A DNA stretch of 63,013 bases, filler included, from Actinomycetota bacterium (lineage in GTDB: Bacteria > Actinomycetota > Acidimicrobiia > IMCC26256 > VFJJ01), in assembly GCA_009886115.1 (NCBI GenBank). It is 4 parts of 4 records of this genome, joined end to end, with 100 filler letters (N's around TTAATTAATTAA, not from the genome) between each part and the next. Parts side by side here need not be neighbours in the genome. Positions count along the whole stretch, not along the records: positions 42,242 to 59,489 come from VFJJ01000212.1; positions 59,590 to 63,013 come from VFJJ01000193.1; 2 more parts are not named here. One strand, given 5' to 3'. The position numbers and the translations under genes are program-made. The notes below the pieces were generated by a model. The model was not told the origin of the DNA, searched no databases, and saw only the letters and a program-made list of their open reading frames with translations. Shown here piece by piece: positions 55,761-63,013 of the stretch. The stretch's first letter is position 1; every line of letters starts with the position of its first letter.

Positions 55761-57007
55761 GCCTCGACGGCACGCGCCGGTTGGGGATTGACCTCGTGGG
55801 GTGGCGTGAACTTGAGGCTGACGGGGGTGTCGAGCTCGAAGGGCGACTTGAGACCCAGGCTGTCGCCGATCTTGCGCAACTCGGGAACGACCTTCTCGCC
55901 GAGCAGCTCGACGCAGCGCATGGAGTCTTTGTGATCGACCTTGCCGTCGTTGCCCCACAGCATGAGGATCGACGGTCGACACGTCTCGAGGATGTGGCCG
56001 ACCTCGTCGATCACCTTCTGGGGCGAGCCGGCCACGATCTCGCGGTTCGCGGTCTGCTGCTCATAGGAGTTCGCGAACGGACGGGGCGCCAGCCCGTTGG
56101 CCATCTGCGTGTACAGCAATCGACGCGACGGGCTGCTGTAGCCCGGCGGCGAGACCCAGTACGGATGACCGATGCCGGTGAACTGGCCCTGCATCCACAT
56201 GAACTCCCTGCCGCCCTGTTCCGCCTTGGCGTCGGTGTCGGCCACGTGAGTGCGCAGCAGATAACCACGGTTCTCGGGGCCGGGCTCATACCCCACCCGG
56301 CGAGCGGCGTCGTCGTAGGTCTTCCACAGCTGCGGCGTGAGGTGCATCGGCGTGTTGAGCGCGATATAGGGATAACGGTGCTCGGCCGCCCACACGATGG
56401 TCTCGGGGCTGAACACTCCAGGCACCCAGATGCGTGGGTGGGGCTGCTGAAGCACCCGCACCCACGGATTGACCACGCGGTATTGGAAGTGCTCACCCTC
56501 CCAATGAAACGGCCCGTCCTCGGTCATGATCTTGACCAGGAGATCGTGGGCCTCGTCGAATCGCTCGCGGTTGTAGGCAGGGTTGGAGTTGATGCAGATG
56601 GCCTCCTGCCCGGCGCCGCGCACGATGCCGGAGACGAGCCGGCCCTCGCTGATCATGTCGAGCATGGCGATGTCCTCGGCAAAGGCCAGAGGGCTGTCGT
56701 ACATCGGCAGCGGGTTGCCGAGCTGGACGATCTTGGCCTTCTTGGTGACGGCCGCCAGGATGCTCGACCAGACCGTGATGCGCGGCTGCATGCAGTACGG
56801 CGCGTTGTGGTGCTCGTTGACCATGATGCCGTCGAAGCCGAGATCGTCGGCTGCGATGTACTCGGCCAGACGCTCGCGGTAGAGCCGGCTGCCCTCGACG
56901 GGATCGAAGTGCTTGTTGGAGAACAGCACGCTGGTGATGCCGGCCTTGAGCCCCTCGTCCTCGGGATAGGCGCTCATCGGCTGTTCGGTGAAGTAACAGA
57001 GGAACAT
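55757..57007 (-). CDS. LLM flavin-dependent oxidoreductase
   Basis: VNEHH, AMLDMISEGRL, QQPHPRIW motifs. Confidence 0.92.
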   Translation of the reverse strand: MFLCYFTEQPMSAYPEDEGLKAGITSVLFSNKHFDPVEGSRLYRERLAEYIAADDLGFDGIMVNEHHNAPYCMQPRITVWSSILAAVTKKAKIVQLGNPLPMYDSPLAFAEDIAMLDMISEGRLVSGIVRGAGQEAICINSNPAYNRERFDEAHDLLVKIMTEDGPFHWEGEHFQYRVVNPWVRVLQQPHPRIWVPGVFSPETIVWAAEHRYPYIALNTPMHLTPQLWKTYDDAARRVGYEPGPENRGYLLRTHVADTDAKAEQGGREFMWMQGQFTGIGHPYWVSPPGYSSPSRRLLYTQMANGLAPRPFANSYEQQTANREIVAGSPQKVIDEVGHILETCRPSILMLWGNDGKVDHKDSMRCVELLGEKVVPELRKIGDSLGLKSPFELDTPVSLKFTPPHEVNPQPARAVEA

Positions 57008-57034
57008 GGTGCCGTCCTTCCTTCTCGGGCCTGG

Positions 57035-57802
57035 TCAGCTCGTGACGAACCGGGCGACGAGCTCGGCGAGCTCGGTCGGCCGTTCCATGTCGACGGCGTG
57101 CCCGCAATCGGCCACGATCTCGAGCCGGGCATCGGGCAGGAGACGTTGGTACTGCTCGGCGCAGACCCTGGGGACGATGGCGTCGGCGTCGCCCCACACG
57201 AGCAGCGTCGGCACGTTCACCTCGCAGAGCAACGGAGCCATCTGGCGGTTGTACATGTAGGGCTTCCAGGCGACGCGGGTCATCATCTCGCGGTTGACGT
57301 CCCAGGTGATGAGGGTGTCGTCGGTGGGCGGATCGCCGTACAGCCGGGTGTAGACGTCACGGTCGTTGAACGCCGCGCTCACGTAGGCCGAGTGCGACAC
57401 CAGGATCTGGTCGAAGATGCGACCCTCCTCGGGCAGCAGCCCGGCCGCGCCGACCAACACCAGGTGCGACAGGAGCTCGGGAGCCATGGTCGCCAACTCG
57501 GCGACGACCCATCCCCCGAAACCCATACCCACCAAGGCCGCCCGGGTGAGGCCCTCACGGCGCAGGAAGTGCCCGAGGATGATGGCCAGATCTCGGGGAT
57601 GACGGGCCCAGTCGGGTCGGTCACTGGCTCCGAACCCGGGAAGGTCGGGAACCCACGCGGCGTGGTGGGCTGCGAGCTCCTCGTAGAACCGCAGCGGGCC
57701 CGGATGGCCGAACGAATGGTGCACGACCACGACCGGGTGCCCTTCACCGCCGCGGACGCCCCTGATCGTGAGCCCGGCGACGGTGCTCGAGAACTCCTGC
57801 AT
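57035..57802 (-). CDS. Alpha/beta hydrolase-fold protein lacking the nucleophile serine
   Basis: PDLPGFGAS, LVGMGFGG (in place of GxSxG), PTLLVWGDAD, CGH motifs. Confidence 0.85.
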   Translation of the reverse strand: MQEFSSTVAGLTIRGVRGGEGHPVVVVHHSFGHPGPLRFYEELAAHHAAWVPDLPGFGASDRPDWARHPRDLAIILGHFLRREGLTRAALVGMGFGGWVVAELATMAPELLSHLVLVGAAGLLPEEGRIFDQILVSHSAYVSAAFNDRDVYTRLYGDPPTDDTLITWDVNREMMTRVAWKPYMYNRQMAPLLCEVNVPTLLVWGDADAIVPRVCAEQYQRLLPDARLEIVADCGHAVDMERPTELAELVARFVTS

Positions 57803-57847
57803 GGGTGCACGTCTCCTTCAGAGCGGTGGGCGCCAGGTTCGCAGTGT

Positions 57848-58666
57848 CTAGTTGAGGACGTCGGGCTCGCGCTGGAGGAGCCGGCGCACGGCACCGTGCC
57901 AGTAGGCATCGGGTGTGTTGCGCTCGAGGAGGTCCTTCACCGCGGCGACCGACGCTCGGGCGGCCGCGGTCGACGATCCGTCGATGGGTCTCGGCACGCG
58001 GCCGGCGCGCAGTGCGTCGACATGGAAGCGGCACATGCGTTCGAGGGTGACGGCCTTGTAGCACGCGGCGCCGGGGGTGCTCGCGGTGACGATGGCCCCG
58101 TGGTTTCGCAACAGGGCCCCCGACGCGGCACCGACGGCCGCGGCCAGCGCGGCGCCCGCGTCGGCGGTCTCGACGACGCCGCCGTACTCGTCGACCAGCA
58201 CCAGCTCGCCGTGGAGCAGGATCGAGTTCTGGTGCACGACCTCGGGGAGCACGCCCAGGTTGGCCAGCAACGTGGCGTGGTACGGGTGGTTGTGCACGAC
58301 GATCGCGGCATCGGGGCGGGCTCGGTGCAGCTCGGTGTGGATGAACACGGCCGGTGTGACATCCCACTTCCCGTGCAGGATCTGCCCGTCGGGGCTGACG
58401 AGCACGATGTCGGACGCCTTCACCTCGTCCCACCACAGGCCCCAGGGGTTGACCCACATCGCGCCGGGCTGGTCGACGGCAACGCTCGGGCTGGTGACGG
58501 CGCCGACTTCGCCCGCGTCGGCCACCCAGGTGATGTGCCCGCTCAGATTCTCCTGCCAGCCTTCGTGGGCCAGGATGCGCAGCATGCAGGCCAACTCCTG
58601 CTGCACCGTCAGCTCTCGTCCGATGCCGGGCATGGCGCGAGGCCACGTGCTGTCGCTGTCGCTCAT
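57848..58666 (-). CDS. Class II aldolase/adducin family protein
   Basis: GHIT, IHTELHRARPD, VHNH, LLRNHG motifs. Confidence 0.9.
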   Translation of the reverse strand: MSDSDSTWPRAMPGIGRELTVQQELACMLRILAHEGWQENLSGHITWVADAGEVGAVTSPSVAVDQPGAMWVNPWGLWWDEVKASDIVLVSPDGQILHGKWDVTPAVFIHTELHRARPDAAIVVHNHPYHATLLANLGVLPEVVHQNSILLHGELVLVDEYGGVVETADAGAALAAAVGAASGALLRNHGAIVTASTPGAACYKAVTLERMCRFHVDALRAGRVPRPIDGSSTAAARASVAAVKDLLERNTPDAYWHGAVRRLLQREPDVLN

Positions 58667-58688
58667 CGGGGATTGGCTATCGCAGCCA

Positions 58689-59489
58689 TCAACGGAGGCG
58701 CCATTGCATGCGCTGGCCCGACGTGAACGCCTCCTGGCCGGCCTTGAGCCCGGCCGCGGTCTGACCGAGGGCGATCGAGCTGTACCCCTGGCTCAGCGCC
58801 TGTGACCGTCCGACCTCGAGGCCCGACCACAGCGCCCGCACCGTGGCCTGGACCGCCATGGTGTCGTAGGAGGCGATGATCTCGGCGGCGCGTCCGGCAG
58901 TCGCCTCCAGCTCGTCGCCGGGGACGACCTCGGTGACGAGCCCGATCTCGTGGGCCCGCTTGGCCGAGACCCGCTCGGCGTTGCCCATCAGCGAGATGCG
59001 CATGATCTCGTGGAAGGGCATCTTCTGCATCATGTGGATGGGCTCGAAGACCGTCGGCATCCCGTAGGTCACGTGCGGGTCGAAGAACGTGGCGTGCTCG
59101 GCGGCGATGATGAAGTCGGACTCGCCGAGCATGTAGAAGGCGCCACCGCAGGCCATCCCATTGACGGCGGCGATCACCGGCTTCCAGTAGTCGTTGCTCT
59201 TGGGCCCGACCTGGGCGCCGGGATCGTCGAGCATGAACGGGCTGGCGAACCCGCCCACGTCAGCGGTGCCGGCGTTCTCGCCCGCCGCGAGCTGGTCGGC
59301 GTAGTCGATGTTCACCTCGCTCCGGTCGACACCGGTGCAGAACGCCTTCTCCCCCGCGGCGCTCAACACCACGCAGCGCACCGACGTGTCGGGCCGCAAC
59401 CCTCGCCAGAGGTCACGCAGCTCCGAGCACATGGCGCCGTTGAAGGCGTTGAGCTGCTTGGGCCGATTGAGCGTGACGTACGCGACCCC
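58689..59489 (-). CDS. Enoyl-CoA hydratase/isomerase, 5' truncated by the gap
   Basis: TLNRPKQLNAF, AFCTGVD, KPVIAAVNGMACGG, FFDPHVTYG motifs. Confidence 0.9.
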   Translation of the reverse strand, partial: GVAYVTLNRPKQLNAFNGAMCSELRDLWRGLRPDTSVRCVVLSAAGEKAFCTGVDRSEVNIDYADQLAAGENAGTADVGGFASPFMLDDPGAQVGPKSNDYWKPVIAAVNGMACGGAFYMLGESDFIIAAEHATFFDPHVTYGMPTVFEPIHMMQKMPFHEIMRISLMGNAERVSAKRAHEIGLVTEVVPGDELEATAGRAAEIIASYDTMAVQATVRALWSGLEVGRSQALSQGYSSIALGQTAAGLKAGQEAFTSGQRMQWRLR

Positions 59490-59589
59490 NNNNNNNNNNN
59501 NNNNNNNNNNNNNNNNNNNNNNNNNNNNNNNNNTTAATTAATTAANNNNNNNNNNNNNNNNNNNNNNNNNNNNNNNNNNNNNNNNNNNN
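59490..59589. other. Artificial contig joint
   Basis: N run with TTAATTAATTAA. Confidence 0.97.
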
Positions 59590-59620
59590 ACGCGCCCCGG
59601 GGCCCCACTCCCGCGCCCCA

Positions 59621-59676
59621 CTCCCAAATTTGTGCAAAAATCGTCGCCAGGCGCACTTTTTTGCACAAATTTGGAG
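59621..59676. repeat. AT-rich palindromic dispersed repeat, copy 2
   Basis: CAAATTTGTGCAAAAA ... TTTTTGCACAAATTTG inverted arms; shares CTCCCAAATTTGTGCARAAATCGTCGC with 40463. Confidence 0.8.
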
Positions 59677-59746
59677 CTGGGTGGTGCGGCGGCCGGTGCG
59701 GCAGGGGCCCGGTAGCGAGACCACAGCCCGGTAGCATCCCCGGCGC

Positions 59747-61042
59747 ATGACCGACCTCGCTCAGGGCCCGTCCGCGGAGCCCGCCACCCACGTCTTCCAG
59801 GCCCCGACGGGCACGCGCGACGTGCTGCCCGGCGAGTCGGTGCGCTGGCAGACGCTGGTGGCCACGTTCTCCGAACGGGCTCGCCGGGCCGGGTTCGGGC
59901 TCGTGCACACGCCGGTGTTCGAGCACTACGAGGTGTTCCAGCGCGTCGGCGAGGGCAGCGACGTCGTGCGCAAGGAGATGTACGACTTCCTCGACAAGGG
60001 CGGCCGTCGCCTGGTGCTGCGGCCTGAGGGGACGGCGCCGGTCGTGCGGGCCTTCGTGCAACACCACCCGCCGACGCCGTGGAAGGTCTGGTACCTGTCG
60101 ACGCACCTGCGTTACGAGCGGCCCCAGAAGGGTCGCTACCGCCAGCACCACCAACTCGGCGTCGAGGTGCTCGGGGTCGACGAGCCCGAGATCGACGTCG
60201 AGGTGATCGCCCTGGCCGACGGGTTCTACCGCGATCTGGGCCTGTCGTCGTACACCCTCTCGCTCAACTCGCTCGGCGACGCCGAGTGCCGCCCGGCCTA
60301 CCTGGCCGCGTTGCGGGAGTTCCTCGTTGCCCGCGAACCCGCGCTGTCGGCCGACGCTCGGGAGCGACTCGACGTGAACCCCTTGCGGGTGCTCGATTCC
60401 AAGCGTGAGAGCGACGCCGAGGTCACCGCCGACGCGCCGCTGCTCGTCGATCACCTGTCGCCGGCCTCACGCGAGCACTTCGACCGGGTCCGCCGCGGGC
60501 TCGATGCGCTCGGCATCGACTACGAGGTGGCGCCCCGGCTCGTGCGCGGGCTCGACTACTACACGCGCACGGCGTTCGAGTTCGCTTCGACCGCGCTCGA
60601 CGCCGCGCAGAACGCCATCGGCGGCGGCGGGCGTTACGACAGGCTGGCCGAGGAGATGGGCGGACCCCCCACCCCGGGGATCGGCTTCGGCATCGGCATC
60701 GAGCGGCTCCTCATCGCCGCCGACGCCGAAGGCGTGCTGCCCGTCGTCGAGGCCCGGGCCGAGGTGTTCGTGATCGACGGGTTCGGCGGGGAGGCCGACG
60801 ACGCGCTCGTCGAGCTGCACCGGCTGCGCGACGGCGGCTACGTGACCGAGCGCTCCACGGGTGGACGGTCGTTCAAGGGGCAGATGAAGGCGGCGGGGGC
60901 TTCGGGCGCCCGGTACGCGGTGATCGTCGGCCGACACGAAGCCGAGCGGGGCGCCGTTGCCGTACGCGACATGGACTCGGGAGACCAGGCCGAGGTGGCC
61001 CGCGCCGAGCTCCTCGACTGGATCGGAGAGCGGTACCGATGA
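59747..61042 (+). CDS. hisS: Histidine--tRNA ligase
   Basis: KEMYDF, LRPEGTA, RYERPQKGRYRQ, LVRGLDYYTRT, GGGRYD motifs. Confidence 0.97.
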   Translation: MTDLAQGPSAEPATHVFQAPTGTRDVLPGESVRWQTLVATFSERARRAGFGLVHTPVFEHYEVFQRVGEGSDVVRKEMYDFLDKGGRRLVLRPEGTAPVVRAFVQHHPPTPWKVWYLSTHLRYERPQKGRYRQHHQLGVEVLGVDEPEIDVEVIALADGFYRDLGLSSYTLSLNSLGDAECRPAYLAALREFLVAREPALSADARERLDVNPLRVLDSKRESDAEVTADAPLLVDHLSPASREHFDRVRRGLDALGIDYEVAPRLVRGLDYYTRTAFEFASTALDAAQNAIGGGGRYDRLAEEMGGPPTPGIGFGIGIERLLIAADAEGVLPVVEARAEVFVIDGFGGEADDALVELHRLRDGGYVTERSTGGRSFKGQMKAAGASGARYAVIVGRHEAERGAVAVRDMDSGDQAEVARAELLDWIGERYR

Positions 61043-62823
61043 TGCGCACCCACTACGCCGGAGCCCTGCGCGCCGAGCAGATCGGCCAGACGGTCACCGT
61101 GTGCGGCTGGGTGGCGCATCGCCGCGACCACGGCGGTGTCGTGTTCATCGACCTGCGCGACGTCGAGGGCATGGTTCAGATCGTGCTCGACCCGTCGGCG
61201 GACGGCCTCGAGGCCGCCAAGCGACTGCGGCCCGAGTGGGTGCTCCGGGTGACGGGAGCCGTGCGGGCTCGACCTGACGGTACCGTCAACCTGGATCTGA
61301 TCACGGGTGAGGTCGAGATCGGGGCGGTCGTGCTCGAGATCCTGGCGGAGGCCGAGCCGCCGCCGTTTCCCATCGACGAACGTGAGGGCGCGGCCAACGT
61401 CGACGACAACCTCCGCCTCAAGTACCGCTACCTCGACCTGCGCCGTCCGCGCATGGCCCGGAACCTGCGCCTGCGTCACCAGATGGTGTCGGCCATCCGC
61501 CGCACGATGGACGACCAGGGCTTCACCGAGGTCGAGACGCCCACGCTCACCCGGTCGACGCCCGAAGGCGCTCGCGACTTCCTCGTGCCGTCACGCCTGC
61601 AGCCACACCTGTTCTACGCCCTGCCCCAGTCGCCCCAGCTCTTCAAGCAGCTCCTCATGGTGGCGGGCCTCGATCGCTACTACCAGGTGGCCCGGTGCTG
61701 GCGCGACGAAGACCTGCGGGCCGACCGGCAGCTCGACTTCACCCAGCTCGACCTCGAGATGAGCTTCGTCGACCAGGACGACGTGATGACCGCCGTCGAG
61801 CTCGCCGTGCGGGCGGGCATCAGCGCCGTTCGTGGCGTCGAACTGTCCGAGTTCCCGCGCATCACGTGGGACGAGGCGATGAGCCGCTTCGGCTCCGACA
61901 AGCCCGACATGCGCTTCGGCATGGAGCTGCACGATGTGTCGGGGGTGTTCGCCGCCACGGGCTTCAACGCCTTCAAGGACAAGGCCGTTCTGGCCATCGG
62001 TGTGCCCGGGCGGGGCGACGCCTCCCGGAGCCAGCTCGACGGTTGGACCGACCGGGCCAAGGCGCTCGGTGCCGCCGGTCTGGTGTGGATGCGGGTGCGC
62101 GGCCCGGTCTCGGGCGACGGTGCTCCCGAGGGTTCGGTGGCCGGTCTCGAGTCGCCCGTCGCCAAGTTCTGCTCCGCCGACGAGCTCGCGGCGTTGCGCG
62201 GCGCGGTGGGCGTGGCCGAGGGCGATCTGGTGCTCGTGATCGCCGACGCCGACCGGCGCAAGGCGCAACAGGTGCTGGGCCATCTCCGCCTCGACCTGGG
62301 CAAGCCCGAACGGATCGACGAGCCGTTGGCGCTGTTGTGGGTCACCGACTTCCCGCTGTTCGAGGCCATCGGCGCCGACGGCCGTCCCGTGCCGGCGCAC
62401 CATCCGTTCACCCAGGCCCACGAGGCCGACTGGGACATCCTGGAGGCCGATCCGCTCGCCGTGCGCAGCCAGGCCTACGACCTCGTCATCAACGGGATCG
62501 AGCTGGGGTCGGGCTCGGTGCGGATCCACCAACGTGAGCGTCAGCAACGGGTGCTCTCGCTGCTGGGGATCGGCCCCGAGCTGGCCCAGGATCGCTTCGG
62601 CTTCCTGCTCGACGCCTTCCGCTACGGTGCGCCGCCGCACGCGGGGTTCGCCTTCGGGATCGACCGGTTGGCCATGGTGCTGGCCGGCGAGACGTCGCTG
62701 CGTGAGGTGATCGCCTTCCCCAAGACCCAGTCGGGCGGCGATCCCCTCACCGAAGCCCCCGCCGCCGTCGACGCCGAGCAGCTCGCCGCCCTCTCGATCG
62801 CCTTACGCCCCTTGAAGAAATAG
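61039..62823 (+). CDS. aspS: Aspartate--tRNA ligase, probably non-discriminating Asp/Asn type
   Basis: RRDHGG, STPEGARDFLVPSR, ALPQSPQLFKQ, GAPPHAG motifs; His in RRDHGG and Gly in RPDG suggest the ND type. Confidence 0.97.
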   Translation: MMRTHYAGALRAEQIGQTVTVCGWVAHRRDHGGVVFIDLRDVEGMVQIVLDPSADGLEAAKRLRPEWVLRVTGAVRARPDGTVNLDLITGEVEIGAVVLEILAEAEPPPFPIDEREGAANVDDNLRLKYRYLDLRRPRMARNLRLRHQMVSAIRRTMDDQGFTEVETPTLTRSTPEGARDFLVPSRLQPHLFYALPQSPQLFKQLLMVAGLDRYYQVARCWRDEDLRADRQLDFTQLDLEMSFVDQDDVMTAVELAVRAGISAVRGVELSEFPRITWDEAMSRFGSDKPDMRFGMELHDVSGVFAATGFNAFKDKAVLAIGVPGRGDASRSQLDGWTDRAKALGAAGLVWMRVRGPVSGDGAPEGSVAGLESPVAKFCSADELAALRGAVGVAEGDLVLVIADADRRKAQQVLGHLRLDLGKPERIDEPLALLWVTDFPLFEAIGADGRPVPAHHPFTQAHEADWDILEADPLAVRSQAYDLVINGIELGSGSVRIHQRERQQRVLSLLGIGPELAQDRFGFLLDAFRYGAPPHAGFAFGIDRLAMVLAGETSLREVIAFPKTQSGGDPLTEAPAAVDAEQLAALSIALRPLKK

Positions 62824-62862
62824 TGCTTGCGTCGCCTCGGCGACCGAGCCAATTTCGGTGCT

Positions 62863-63012
62863 CTACGAAGTTGGGCCCTCAAGCTCGTCCAGCCGGGCGC
62901 GGATCCGTGCCAGCTCGGCTTCGGCGTTGTCGGCTCGGGCTGCTTCGGTGTCGGCTCGGGCTGCTTCGGTGTCGGCTCGGGCTGCTTCGGTGTCGGCTCG
63001 GGCTGTTTCGGT
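62863..63012 (-). CDS. C-terminal heptad-repeat tail of a gene continuing beyond the window, possibly Uma2-type endonuclease
   Basis: 21-bp tandem repeat encoding TE(T/A)ARAD x4, then NAEAELARIRARLDELEGPTS-stop. Confidence 0.6.
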   Translation of the reverse strand, partial: TETARADTEAARADTEAARADTEAARADNAEAELARIRARLDELEGPTS

Positions 63013-63013
63013 G

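Noticed and set aside
55781..58726. Very long alternative ORFs (981 aa here; also 8428-10785, 31449-33734, 37235-39337)
   Set aside because: Antisense shadows of real genes, expected from high-GC codon bias; no recognisable motifs

Overview
High-GC actinobacterial DNA, probably class Acidimicrobiia (inferred from mshA, the mec-cysO-cysM block, the plsC/plsB pair and GYWLVASDGGIF repeat proteins). The window is four contigs joined by artificial 100-bp N spacers carrying TTAATTAATTAA (21441-21540, 42142-42241, 59490-59589), so gene linkage is valid only within a contig. Contig 1: tRNA-Ser, a split chemotaxis module (cheB-cheR-HDOD divergent from cheY-cheX) with three matching sigma28/WhiG-like promoters, an MBOAT/SGNH O-acyltransferase pair interrupted by an IS1595 remnant, SRAP, an acyl-CoA ligase, a MoaD-like protein, an M23 peptidase, a twin-motif RsiG-like c-di-GMP anti-sigma factor and mshA. 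Contig 2: GH38 and ThuA, two tandem DMFase-beta-like surface proteins (one apparently a pseudoenzyme), NAD-GDH, plsC-plsB and a truncated MazF. Contig 3: the mec-cysO-cysM-sua5-murI-MBL-rph-rdgB block preceded by an orphan CoxL-like subunit, sodC and an LLM/CoA-ligase catabolic cluster. Contig 4: hisS-aspS. Best leads: a possible c-di-GMP-RsiG-sigma28 circuit over chemotaxis genes, the enzyme/pseudoenzyme surface-protein pair, and a dispersed AT-rich palindromic repeat. All calls are by eye from motifs; no searches were run.
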